Assembly (NCBI RefSeq): GCF_006345805.1
Contig: NC_043001.1
Coordinates: forward strand, 98,518,001-98,582,000
DNA: 64,000 nt
Origin: Octopus sinensis
Taxonomy: Eukaryota
Direction of reading: 5' to 3'
Shown: one piece after another, positions 22,837-35,907 of the stretch
How the letters are laid out: each line of letters begins with the position of its first letter
Numbering within the stretch: position 1 is the first letter of the stretch
Made by a program: the position numbers and the translations under genes
The notes under the pieces: generated by a model
The model's database searches: none
What the model saw: the letters and a program-made list of their open reading frames with translations, nothing else
Told to the model about the DNA's origin: nothing

Positions 22837-23830
22837 TGTTACGTATCCCACCTGCCGTCACTCAAACTCTTCGGAAACCCGGGACCCTACCAAGTCGAGC
22901 GACGACGATTGCACCGGCCCAGTTGCTCGGGGAATTCGCCACGGAAAGAGAGGACTCGGTGGGGGAAAGTAGCAGCAAACCCGGCAACCGGAGAGAACAA
23001 CAACAACAGCAGCAGGAAGAGCTTCAGAGAGAGACGGCGGAAGGCAATTGGCTTACGTTTAACAACAGTTTATGACAATCATTACAACATCAAAGAAAAT
23101 ACATGCAAGAAAACAAGGAAACAACAAATCAAAGCAGTTCAGAGACAACAGTTCAAATCAAATAATGTCTTTCTCTTTCTTTTTCAACAGTCTTTAACAC
23201 AACTCAACGACACAGTTCTTTTCACAATCTCATTTCTTTTACATTTCTCTTTTCCTTAATTCAGAACTTCTTCCTTCTCTCTTTTTTTTACACATCAATT
23301 CTTTTTCTTTAACAACTCTTTTTTTCACCACGTCAATTCTTTTTCTTTTACATTTCACATCAAAATAGAACAACCAAAAGACACAAACAAAACTATACCG
23401 AACATTTCTTTCCAGTCTGCAACAATTTCAGAAACTACTACCATAATAGCCACTGCCTTCTATCCGCCGTAATCTCTCTCTCTCGCTCTCAGTCCTCTCA
23501 CTGCCTGTCTGTCTTTCTCAACGATGTAGCTGCCTTCGCCATCGCCACCTTCTTGGCTGACCGTCCGTATCACTCCAGTATCTGGCCAAAACTGCCGGCC
23601 GACTGCCTACAATCCCAACTGCCGATTCCGACTGACCGCCAAACTCCCAGCGCGTCGCGTTTTAAAGGGGTGGTTTCTCGAACTTTCTTTGACCGGAAAA
23701 AGGCCAAAGGTCTCCTCCGAATACATAAACCTCCCCAAAAACCGACAGGACAAAAGATCTACCTGTCTCCCTGATGCCAGATCACAAAAGTAGGTCGCAG
23801 CACTCAGCCTCCGAACTGACTTCCATATCA
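22837..23830. mobile_element. Solo-LTR-like insertion (994 bp)
   Basis: TG...CA ends, ATAT on both flanks (22833-22836, 23831-23834), CpG-rich against CpG-poor surroundings, no recognisable protein domain. Confidence 0.55.
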
Positions 23831-24607
23831 ATATGATAGTGGCTAGAACATACCCTTGTCATTTGTCCATGCATTAGCGTTTTCTTGCAGTCTTTATACT
23901 TCAGGGGCCTCTATTCCTTGGAACTTGTACCTCCATCACTCATGCTCCCTCCACCTCTTGTTACTCTTGGTACATCCAAGTCTTTTCGACCCCACTATTT
24001 TCATTATACTCAGTCCCTTCTTCCCAGAATATCAGCTTTCTGGAATCTTCTTCTTGGTCATGTTTTTCCTACAGTTGTTGACCTGCAGTATTTTAAATGA
24101 TGTATTAACATCAAGCTCACTGGTCTCAGGGGAACTTGCAGGGATCAGGGGCATTTCCATTTCCTCCACTCAACAAGTAAAAAGAGAAAACAAATCTAAT
24201 AACTTGATCAGTATTACCAAACAGCATATCCATAGTCATATAATCAGCGACTTTCTTGGGGCACATGTGAGCTGAGAAAATGGTTGAGTACCTAAGATAT
24301 CAGTGAATATGTACAGGAGAAATATTATATACTGATATGTTCTTATGAAGTGAATGTATGACACACGGATAAAAAAGTATTTTCTTATAATGGGAGAGAT
24401 CTATGACGAGTTAGGCCTCACAAAAGATAACTTGGAGTTGGTAGGAATGGTGATGTGATCTATTACAGATGTGGAAACATTTAAAATGATGGACATTATA
24501 CCTGTGTAAATTAAATAATAAAGAACAGTTTTAACTGGTGACTGAGGTGAAAGTATTCCAGCATACAAGCTAAATAGTCAGCAAGTTGTCACATGTTATC
24601 CATGCTG

Positions 24608-24714
24608 CTGCATTTAGTCCATGGCTTTACATAGACTGCATTTAGTCCATGGCTTTACATAGACTGCATTTAGTCCATGGCTTTACATAGACTGCATTTA
24701 GTCTATGGATTTAC
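24608..24714. repeat. 28-bp minisatellite, ~3.8 copies (ctgcatttagtccatggctttacataga)
   Basis: Three exact copies plus one degenerate copy. Confidence 0.95.
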
Positions 24715-25469
24715 TTTCCACCATAAAGTGAAAATACCTAGCATGGAAAAAAATAAAAGCAGCTGAACTCAAAACCCTTCTTGAAACCTGAAGCATGCAA
24801 TGTGGCATTTGTTTCTTTACATTTTTGTTGAGTAGCCCCATGAAGAGGAAATGTTTAGTGGTCTCTTAACAATCCAAAGCTTACAAGTAAAGCTTATTAG
24901 GGTATTAGTAAAAGTATTAGTTAATGGTGATATTCTGTGGTGGTAGGTCAGGTCATTAAGTAGTTATGCAGGTAGTTAGTGAACTATAGTAAACATGACA
25001 CACTTATCTGTTCCATATATACCATATCTTTATATGGTTGAGTATATCTATGGCAGGCAGATTGTCAGTAGCCAATAGATGTGACTCACAGATCTGTTGT
25101 GTCAGATTTACCATTCTTCTGATTGGCAGAAAATCATACTGTGCATTTTGACCTGCAGTTGTGAATTGTATTGAATGTGTACCAGTGTGAACTTGCACTC
25201 TTTATGTCTGTTGGTATTCTTCAACTCTAGGTTGATCCTGATTAAATAGATGTATAATAAAAAGCATTCCAACCAGAGATATCTCAACTTTTTAGGAGTA
25301 TATCTAAGGTTATTTATCTACTGTCTTTCCCCCTTCAGTCAGGTGTGATAGATTTTGGTGGCGGCTACAGTGGAGGCAGGTAAAGTGAACTCAGACTGAA
25401 TGTTACAGTTATTTCTTTGCACCAACATTGGTGGTGTGGTGGACATCCCTGCATTGTCTTCGGTGTTTA

Positions 25470-25830
25470 AGTTAAGTTAATTTTTTGGCTCAAAAAGCAA
25501 GGCCATGTAGGGGGACATGGAGTTATGTGCAGGGAGGGTGTTCATGTGAAGAGTTCAGGCCATTTCTGGTCAAGAGAGACTTTGAACCGAGCGGTCGTCT
25601 GCATCTTCACTATCTTGTCCGGCAGCTTATTCCACAGAGAAAGCCCCTCTCCTTCGATTGAGATGAAATCGTCACAAATAGAGCTTTTCGGAGTGACCCC
25701 GCAGCCAACACTCTGGAGCAGGAGTGAACAACAGCTCTTTCGAGAGGTTACACTTTCCGCTTATGATGTTGTGAGCAAGAATGAGATCACCACGGCGGCG
25801 GCGTTTGATACTGCAGTTATTCCTGTCTTC
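25470..25830 (-). mobile_element. 3' fragment of a CR1-like LINE
   Basis: Minus strand encodes SLWNKLPDKIVKMQTTARFKVSLDQKW (CR1/L2 ORF2 C-terminus), then a short (AACTT)n-like tail. Confidence 0.7.
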
Positions 25831-26342
25831 TAGTGTTTCAAGGATGTTGTTCTAGAGTAGGGCTTTTCAACCATTTTTTATCTATGGACACCTTTGATTG
25901 CTATTTTATTCCGGTGGACCCCATAGCCATTCGATGTTTAAAAGCTAGTCTTATAGAAACTTCATTCGAAGTTCCTAATTTGTTTTCACACACTAACTTG
26001 TGTAGATTGAACTATGTAAAATGTTAGAGAAAGAAACCTAGTTATTTCTTGTAATGCATATATCTGAAGTAAAATTCTTTCAGGGGCCCTTAAAATACTA
26101 TTGTGGATCCTCAATTTACTATTTTGTTACATGGACCCTGGTTGAGAACCACTGTTATAGAGTGTTTTAAAATAATTTTGTAAGTTAAAATTTTGACAAA
26201 TGATTTGTGCATTTTCATGCATTTCACAATTGTTCAGAAAAATAGCTTTATCAGATCTTAGTCTATATCTGAAACTTACTTATGTGGCGTCATCCTACTA
26301 AACTGTTTGATAATGTATATGTGTGTGTGTGTATATATATAT

Positions 26343-26398
26343 AAAAGACTGCATACTTTTATAATATATATATATATTATAAAAGTATGCAGTCTTTT
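26343..26398. repeat. Perfect 56-bp palindrome centred on (TA)n
   Basis: aaaagactgcatacttttataatatata|tatatattataaaagtatgcagtctttt is its own reverse complement. Confidence 0.97.
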
Positions 26399-26716
26399 CT
26401 TTTTACCATTTTATATTTGCTTTCCTTATTTTCTTAAGCTTTGCCAGCCCAAAGTATTTTCATAAGATTGTCTTAAATATCTATGTGTTTTCATATTTTA
26501 AGTTTGCCTTTGTTTCATACATTCTGAATAATATGAAGTTTTCCTTTCATAAGTTCTAAGTTACACTGGTGGTTGAAAAGAAATGGGGAATGTACATCAT
26601 TAGATACAATAGACAGGCAAAGGCTTAAACTGCTGCAAATTTACATGTTTTTTACAATGTTAATATCCATTTGTATTTTAGGCTTTACAAGTGTAATACA
26701 TATGTATTACAGTTCT

Positions 26717-26749
<33 letters not shown>

Positions 26750-26846
26750 TTACATATTTCATGTTATTTGTACCATTGGTGGCATCCTGTACTCATATAT
26801 GCATGTATATATATTATTATTTGAGTGCAACGCATCCATTTCCAAG

Positions 26847-26880
<34 letters not shown>

Positions 26881-26920
26881 CACACAAACATACATTCTGT
26901 TTAATTATTTTTATTCCTAG

Positions 26921-27103
<183 letters not shown>

Positions 27104-28862
27104 TAATGCTGCTGCTGCTGGCACATATATTGATTATATTCTCATGAAAGTCATAAATTGAGAAAACCCATGATTTACTATGCAATTTGGAGGCTTTCCT
27201 GTAAATAAAGTATGTCTTGCCAAGAAGGTCTGGTATAGCCAGTTAAACTAAGTTTATGGAAGCTGTATATGTGTGATTTCAATTGCCAAATGGAGAAGTT
27301 AAGATATGCTTCCTCACACAAATATGTTTAGCCCTTTAGCATTTAAGCTTGTCATATCCAGTCCAAATATTCTACCTGTTCTCTGTTCAAACTGGCCAGA
27401 TCTGACATCTCTAATCTACCTTACAATGTAATTCTAAAATTAAACAATCACATCAATGAAACCTCAAAGCAGTGAAATAATGCATGATTAATATAAAACG
27501 ATGTGAATAAATAAGCATTACATTTGACAATGTTAAAAGGTTAAATCAGTATCATTATCTGTCTGGCACTTACTAATCCAGATGAAGTGAAATACAAGCA
27601 ATGAGTATGTGGAATTGAACTCTGAACATTGTTTTTGAACTTTTCCTATATGTGGCTTTCCCGGATGGAATCTGGCTTGTTCTTTGATGAGAGGCCATTC
27701 AAAAATGGGTGCGGTCCTATTTAGAAGTAATTCAAAAAGCTTTTTGCTTGTGATACATTTTGTTTCATACATGGTTTTGAAACAATGATTAGCTTGGCTT
27801 TACTTCCACACCTCTGGTATTTTATGTCTTAGGAGACAACTGTTAAAGAGTTTGAGCATCTATATTTGTCTCCAGTTGAGAATTTTTTTAGCTCTGTGTG
27901 AAAACCTATTGCTTTTCCTTTGTTTAGATTATCAATAATTGTTTCAAGTTCTTTGTGGTAAAATTCTTGTTAAACTGCATTTACAATCAGAATAATTATC
28001 CTTCAGTTAGATATTTTCTGTTTTGTTATTTAGTCCTTTATCATTTGTAAGTTGAATATTTTGGCTTGCATTTCTGTGACTATCACCTAGTTTTTGTATG
28101 AGGTGTCTTGATCCTGTCTTTAAGAAATCTGCTTCACAACCTCTTGGTTCCAGGTTCAATCCCACTGGTTGGCACCTTACGTAAATATTTATATTTTTAT
28201 ACACTCAATGCATACATTTGTGAGTCTAGATGTGTAGTCATATGAACAAACCTGGGGTTAAATTTTTTTCCTGTTAGGTAACCCAACTGCATAAATCGAT
28301 AGTTAAAACATTGCCTCACAGCATTTGTTTCAGTTCTCTGTGTTTTGAGTTCACATCCCACCAAAGTCAACTTTGTCTTTCATCCTTTCTAGGTCAATTA
28401 AAAAGTGTACCAATCCAGTACAATGAATTGACAGAACTGTAGGACCATTGAACCAAATGTTTCTGTCCCTCCACCACCTTTCATAGTAATCATAATTTCT
28501 AACTAAGGCCACACCTTTGCTGGTGGGGCATGGATAATCAGTATTAGATTGACTGCTGTAGTTGATTGGTATTTAATTTCAATACCTTCAGAAAGATGAA
28601 AAGCAATATGAACCTCACCTGGATTAGGAGTCCAAACATAAAGGTGTGTGACTATATTCTGCAAAGTAATTTATTATCGTTTATTTTGCCGTCAACCACT
28701 CTTCTGTTACCATAATCTTAATAGTAATTCTAACTTTGACATCATAAGGCCAGCAATTTTAGCAGCAGGGGATTAGTGGATTACATCAACTACGCTACTT
28801 GTACATCTGAAAGAATGAAAGGCAAAGTTAACCTCAGCAGGATTTGAACTCAGAATATATAT

Positions 28863-28921
<59 letters not shown>

Positions 28922-31457
28922 ACATGTATGTCTTTGATTGTCCCCTACCACTGCTTGACAACCAGTGCTGGTGTGTATATGTCCCTGTAACATAGCAGTT
29001 CGACAAAAGAGACCAACAGAAAAAGTTGTAACAGGCTTTAAAAAAAAAGTACAGAAGAAATACCACTAAGCATTTTATCCAATGTGCTAATAATTCCACC
29101 ATCTCGCCACCTTAATAATCTTTAATCTTTTACCTGTTTCAGTCATTAGGCTGCAGCCATGCTGGGATACCACCTTGAAGTATTTTTACTTGAATGAATC
29201 TACTCCTATACTTCTGACCTGTGCCAAGTCAAAATACTGTAAATAATTAGAAAGTGGGATTAAATAAATACTTAACTCAAATGTTATAAAATTACATTAG
29301 TATAAAATTGTCTAGTGTTTTAAGTTCAACGCCATCATTGACATATATGTTTTGGAAGTTTTTATAAACTACCAACATGTTAGCTGTAATGTTGGTTTTC
29401 GGTATTATGTAAATTAATAGAAATTAAATATACGGGTAAGAAATTAATAGAAATTAAATATACTCTTCATATACAATCTCACAATGAACAAAGATATATA
29501 TATATGAAAAAATAAAAAGGCTCTCAACCGAACTAGTTTTAATAATCATTTGGATCTCTTCAGCACCAAGCTACCTTTCTCTGACTTTCTACAACAACAT
29601 TGTTTTTATTGCTATTATTGTTAGTGAGTGTATTAACCCTCTAGCATTTAACCCTTTCGTTAATGTAGTTATTTTGATATGCTCTGTGTTTTTTTCAATT
29701 ACTTTAAATGTAACAAAGAATTTAGGAAAATAACCTAGTTATTCAGCTAGTGTTAGGAACATAAATTGTGACTAAGGTTTGGTGGAAAATTTTAATTCAA
29801 AACTTATGAAAACAAGACATTTGTACTCAGAACCCAATTGGTTTCAGCTAGGTTGGTAACGAAAGGGATAAACCAGCCATATCCAACCAAAATATTCTTG
29901 TTATATGTTTGAAATGGCCAGATCCAGCCTCTCACATGGACCCTACAACATTAGCCTAAAAACTGTACAATCACATCATTGAAATCTGGAAGCTTCAATA
30001 TAATGTAGGATAAATTCAAGACATTGTAAATAAATAAGTGTTACATTTGACAGAATAATTTGAATGCTAAAGGGTTTATCTGGGTACATTGACTTACATA
30101 AACAATGGTCCTTTGTCATCTCACCTGAAAGGTTCGGCATCTTGAAGAACCATACTCTGCAACAGAAGCATTGAGACCGGTCCCTCTGGTGATGAAAAGC
30201 ACTTGTGGCAGTACCACATAAGTGCCTGTGCAATGCCATGTAAAAGTACCCAGCACACATTGTAAAGTGGTTGGATTTAGGAAGCGCATCTACCCATAGA
30301 AACCATGCTAAATCAGACTGGAGTTTGATGCAGCTTGCCAACATGGATAGCAGGCGTTAAGTGATGATGTATTCTTAGCAATTACTTCAATTTCAGAAAT
30401 TACTGACATCTTCATAAAGTTTTCTGAGTTTTTGAGCTGGTAAGCAGCTGTAAATTAAGATTGTTCATGAATAATGGCAGTGACTTACAACAGTTCAGTG
30501 CATTCAATTAATTTACATATGAAGTGCTGGCTTATAATATATCGGTTTACTGTGTAGTATATCATGGCTTTCTCGGAAGTTAATTGATGAGGTTGAATAT
30601 AAGAATAATGAGATTCTAAAATGCACAAAATGTCAGCACAACAGCTAAAATGTATTTGCTGTACGGGTGACCTGTTAAACTATTTAGTTGGCAGAGCAAA
30701 GGAATTTCATTTATCCAGACCAAAATAGAAGTTCATGACATCATGTCCTTATGTATGCTCCTTTAGAGCAAGATGGTTGTATTTTTTTAATAATATTTTT
30801 GCGACAAGAGGGATTTTTTTTCTCTTCATTAGACCAGTGAAGGAAGAAGTTGACTACTAGAAAAAAGGAAGTTGATTAAATTTTTGTCAAAAAAAATTTT
30901 ATAGGATCTTTTCTTATCAATTATCATATGATTTATCGAGATCAAGTCATACCTTTCAATGCTTTTGGCTGTTGAACACTTGTGCATATTTTCAAGAAAA
31001 GGTGATGGATGAAGAAAGCAAAAAAACTTATTTCAAAGAATAGATACAGAGGTCATTTTGTTACCACATGATCTCCAGTTCTATCACACTGCACAGCACT
31101 TTGGGCAAATGTCTTGTACTGTAGCATTGAGCCAGCCAATGTCATCTGATAGATGAAAATTCTATGGAAACCTATTGTGTGTGAATGTTTTCATACCTTG
31201 TTTTGCATGGAAAGCATTAAGCTAAAAAAAAGAAAAATTATATTTAACAGTCCTTGTCAATAATTGCCTTGTAGCACTGCACTTTGGAAGGTATGGGGTT
31301 AAAAGAAATTGCCTTTCTTGAAATTCAGGGATGGACAACCAACTGTAAAATAATGCTTCAATATGTTGAACATTAGATGAATGAGGTTTGACTTCAACAT
31401 GTGATATGTTTTCGTGACAGCTCCAATTTTATCTAAGAATATATTATATTTTACTAG

Positions 31458-31672
31458 ATCTCGGCGTTGATGATGAAGATGAAGAAGCTGTCCCATTGCC
31501 CAATGTAAATGCTGCCATCCTGAAAAAGGTGATTCAATGGTGTACATATCACCGGGATGATCCTCCACCTCCTGAGGATGATGAGAATAAAGAAAAAAGG
31601 ACAGATGACATTTGTTCCTGGGATACAGAGTTTTTGAAGGTAGACCAGGGTACTCTGTTTGAATTGATTTTG
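31458..31672 (+). CDS. SKP1: SKP1 coding exon 2 (215 bp)
   Basis: tactag|..[72 protein letters not shown]|gtgagt; phase is consistent with exon 1. Confidence 0.97.
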
Positions 31673-32314
31673 GTGAGTTGAACTATTTTGTTTACATACC
31701 CTCTACAGTAAAAAGAAAACAAAAATTAGTTTATTAAAGAATAATTTGTCTAAATGTGGAAAGTATATTCTGTGCTGTTTTACATGTGTGCACAGAATTT
31801 ATGGCTTGTATTTGTCACTGTTGGAAAACCTTAAGATTTTTACATTACTAAATATTTTGAGATGTAATACAAGATGCCTAGGTTGTGGTAGCATCTAATT
31901 TCAAATTACTGAGTTCACAAAACCCTCTACTAATTTATTGTTCTCCTTTAAGATCTCAGAAAAATGAAAAATAGGAAGCTGAGACAGGCCCTATAGCAAG
32001 ATCCAGTAGCCTTGCAAAAACCATTCTTCAAGGGGCTGTGGAGAGGTAGATTGAAAAGAAAATGATAGACAAACAACCAAGAAGGGTGAATCATTTGCTG
32101 TGACCACAGCAGATGGAGAAAATTGGTATACAATTTGTCACAATGGTGACTCTACAACTTCATCAGGAGTTTAGGGTTCAAGCAATATTGCTAAATTTAC
32201 ATCAGAGACTCGCTCCCATTTTGATGTAGCATATTCAGTACTGATAATATTGGAATTCTTCTTACATTGTTTGGGTGGGGAGACTCTCTTTGGTTATTAG
32301 CATATGATTTTTCT

Positions 32315-33350
32315 TTTTATTACCTCTGCCTTAGCAAAGGCGGAGGTATTGTTTTCAGTCATGTTTGTTTGTCCATGGACAAGATATCTCGAGAACCACT
32401 GGATGGATTTTGATGAAACTTTTAGGGATGTTTGGCCTCGTGACTGGCACAAACTGATTAGATTTTGGGATCAATCCAGTACTGGACAAGGATTCTGGAT
32501 TATTTGTTATACTTGCTGCACATGAAGTATTACGATGTTATGGACTTTCAAGTCTTTCTCTGATTATCTCCCTTGAAAGTACACATGATTTCCACGTAAA
32601 TTTTGGTGGCGTTGCTATTTCCAAAGTTTGATTTTTGTTTCTCTGTTATTAATTTTACTCACATCTCTATCTTACTAGAAACTGATGGATTAAGAAATTA
32701 AACAGCAGCAAAACCGTTCAGAAATCAAATAGCACTAACATATTTAGTAACAATAATAAATTTAATTTATCCTCGACAATTTTTAGCTTTAGCAACTTTG
32801 AATATGTTGCTCCTGTTTAAAACCTCTTACCTACTTGACAATTGCATTTTTAGCTATACTTTGAAGGAATCTTTACTTCTTTGACTCACATTTTTGTGCA
32901 CAACGATGTTGTTAAACCTGCGTTAACAGCACTGTATGCAGGTCCTTTCCATTTTCTTTCACACACGGATAAATTTTTCACTGTAGACCTTAATGGTCAT
33001 AAAGACATTTTATCAGTGGATAGACTAAAAAAGGTCTTCATAGAGAAAACTGCCTGTTCCCACTGCAGACAACACACACACACACATTACAAACACGGCC
33101 CACACACCCACCAACATATTCCATGACTACCATTGGGATTGATCAGATACCAGACAAGGATTCTGGATTATTTTTCTGTCTTTTTTACTTAATTTTTGAG
33201 AGCGGTTGGGCTCATTTTTAGTATTCTCGTTTGTGTGAGCAGTCAAATATTTCAGATATTATCATTTTAAAAATCATCTCCAACTAATTGTTGAGAGGAT
33301 GTTAGTGTTGCCTTGGCGAAGGTTTGCGCTCTCTGAGTGCTCTTATTATT
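32315..33350 (+). mobile_element. Helentron-associated interspersed element (HINE/INE-1-like) with internal insertion
   Basis: 5' palindrome acctctgcc ttagcaaa ggcggaggt, 3' subterminal ggcgaaggt followed by the short hairpin gcgctctctgagtgc, T-rich flanks. Confidence 0.7.
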
Positions 33351-34364
33351 ACTATATAAATTCCACTTCTTTCATCTGTAATTTCTTAAACTTTTCTGGC
33401 ATTTTGCTCACCATCTTGTGTTTTAGCATTTTATGTCTGCTGTTAGTTAAAAATACTAGCTAATTTCCTCAGTTCTGGACTCTCGAAAGCTTATTCCTGT
33501 TACAATGAGTGTATTTCTAGCTAATAACATCATGTAACCTATTGTCCAGTCTTTCACAAAAGTAAAGACCTCACTTGAGAACTTTTCCTTGTGTATTTTC
33601 AAATTTCTGGTGTCTCTTCTCATTCTAAATCTTGAGATAACTCATCATCATCATCATCATTTAATGTCCACTCTCCATGCTGGCATGATTTGACATGGAG
33701 CTGTCCAGACTCCAACTGTCTGTTGTGGCATGGTTTCAATGGCTGGATGCCCTTCCTAACGCCAACAACTTAGTAGTGTTTCCTGGGTGCTTTTTACATA
33801 CCACCAGCACAGGTGCATTGTCTTCCATAATGTAAGAAGCATTTCTTTGCACTTTGCATGCAAGTGCTGCTTGCTTTCCATTTTTCCTCCCACTCCAGTG
33901 TTTTACATGACGTTTAGTATTTCACTGTGAAGTTACTTGTATATAACAACTCTGTAGTTATACAAGGTCATATCCTGACCTTGTATTTAAGAACTTTACT
34001 TTACAATCATTAAGTCATGAGTTCAATCTCACAGTGTAGCCTTTTAAGCAAGTGTACTTTATCATTGCCTTAAGTTGATCCAAGCTCTCTGAGTGAAATT
34101 GAAGCATGGGAGACTGGAAACCCATCAGATGGGTTTACCTGTAATTCACATATATACAGCAGAGACATGGCTGTGTCGTTAAGAAGCTTACTTCCCAATC
34201 ATGTTGTCTCACATTCAGTCCCACTACATGACACCTGGGGCAAGCAACCTCTACTATAGTCCTATTAGTGGATATGGTAGATAGAAACTAACAAAGCCCA
34301 TTGTGCATGTATGTATGTATATATTTATACACACACACACACCACACACACACACGTACATATA

Positions 34365-34480
34365 CAGGGGTTGGATAAAATAATGAAAACACCTTAAAAT
34401 TTCAAACAAATTAATTTTAATATGGGGTAGGATCGTCTTTGGCAGTAATTACAGCTTGAATTCTACGAGGTATGAACTCA
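34365..34480 (+). mobile_element. Tc1-like terminal fragment
   Basis: TA|CAGGGGTTGGATAAAATAATGAAAACACC is a typical Tc1 TIR. The partner end was not found. Confidence 0.55.
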
Positions 34481-34812
34481 TAATGCAATGAGCAGATAGC
34501 TTAGTTGTAGAAAAAACTGAATACTCTGTCAAAACCAACAAAGATCTATTTACTTACTGTCACTAGTTGCACCAAATATTAAAATATTGATTAGTAGTTG
34601 GTTGTGATGGTAGGGAGTTGACATGCTATGGTTTTTATCACATCTACTGCTGCACTGACATTTAATTTATGAACTGGTTCACTTTGACAAGCCTAATTAA
34701 TATTCACATTGTAGTTCTTTTATGGGTGTGTTTTTGCATGTATGTATTAAATAGTACTTGCCATTTGCTCTGTAATTTCTAATTTAATCACTGTTTGTTC
34801 ATATTATTTCAG

Positions 34813-34953
34813 GCTGCTAATTATTTGGATATCAAGGGACTTCTTGATGTTACCTGTAAAACAGTGGCTAATATGATCAAAGGCAAAGCTCCTGATGAGA
34901 TACGCAAAACATTTAACATTAAAAACGATTTCACCCCTGCAGAAGAGGAACAG
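34813..34953 (+). CDS. SKP1: SKP1 coding exon 3 (141 bp)
   Basis: tttcag|[47 protein letters not shown]|gtaaca. Confidence 0.97.
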
Positions 34954-35611
34954 GTAACAATAGTTTTATCATTTAACACTTTTCTGTCTTGTCTTTTTCT
35001 ATAATACAATAACTGATGGGTTTGTGTATCATTAAGACATTAATTTCAAACTTTGCTCTCAGATATTTCAGTGCGTTGGCTGTTAGTAAACTCATAATAG
35101 AGCCTGCTGAGAAAGTGAATATTGTGGTAGTCACTTCACTGTAACTACATAATTGTTTCTAATTTAGGTAGAAGGTTGACAATCTTTGAGGAGAGGGATT
35201 TGTCAATTACATCAACCTCAGTACTTGTACTTTATTTTGTCAAGCCCAGTGAGCTGGAATGCAAAGCTGATCTCCAAATATAAAGAGCTGAATTGAAATG
35301 CTCTAATGATTCTACCAATCAGCCAACTTATTGCAACATGCAACATAATAAATGCATTAGCAACTTAGCATAATATTATTGTCACCTCCAGCATAAAATC
35401 TTGCTCGCTTGCACACACAGCATCAAAATGCTAATGTTATTAGCTACAGTTTTGCAACACAACACAGAAAGCCACTTCAAGTATATTCACTAGTAAACCC
35501 AATATTTGTCAGACACGACATCGTGGTTGTTTGTACCAAAGTCAAAATATATTTACATATTTTTTTTTATATACAAATGAGTGTTCATTTTATTTATTTC
35601 TTTTATTGTAG

Positions 35612-35647
35612 GTGCGGAAGGAAAATGAATGGTGTGAAGAAAAATAA
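35612..35647 (+). CDS. SKP1: SKP1 terminal coding exon (36 bp incl. TAA)
   Basis: ttgtag|VRKENEWCEEK*. Total CDS 97+215+141+36=489 nt = 162 aa + stop. Confidence 0.96.
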   Translation: MRKENEWCEEK

Positions 35648-35901
35648 GTGAAGAAAAAACCTGAATAATAGTTTTAATTTAAATTTTCCATACACATTCA
35701 CACCCTTTGGTTTTATTTTATTTTTTAATTTATGGACATATCATATGTGTTTTCCTTGTCTTTTGAAACAAAAACAAATTTCTCTCAAGAACTTTTGTTT
35801 CTTTTCCTGCCCCAAGTACTTTCCTCTTATAACTTTTTTTTTTCTTGACTGTCAATTTCTAGTCCCATCTTGGCTATTAGAAATTTAACCTAGTCTTGTA
35901 C

Positions 35902-35907
35902 AATAAA
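35902..35907 (+). terminator. Candidate SKP1 polyadenylation signal AATAAA
   Basis: First canonical hexamer downstream of the stop codon, ~255 nt away. Confidence 0.5.

Noticed and set aside
22794-23774. ORFs with poly-Q/N inside the solo-LTR-like insertion
   Set aside because: Short, driven by CAA/CAG repeats, with no domain or splice support.
24608-24714. CRISPR-like array
   Set aside because: The 28-bp repeats are contiguous with no spacers, in a eukaryotic context with no cas genes.
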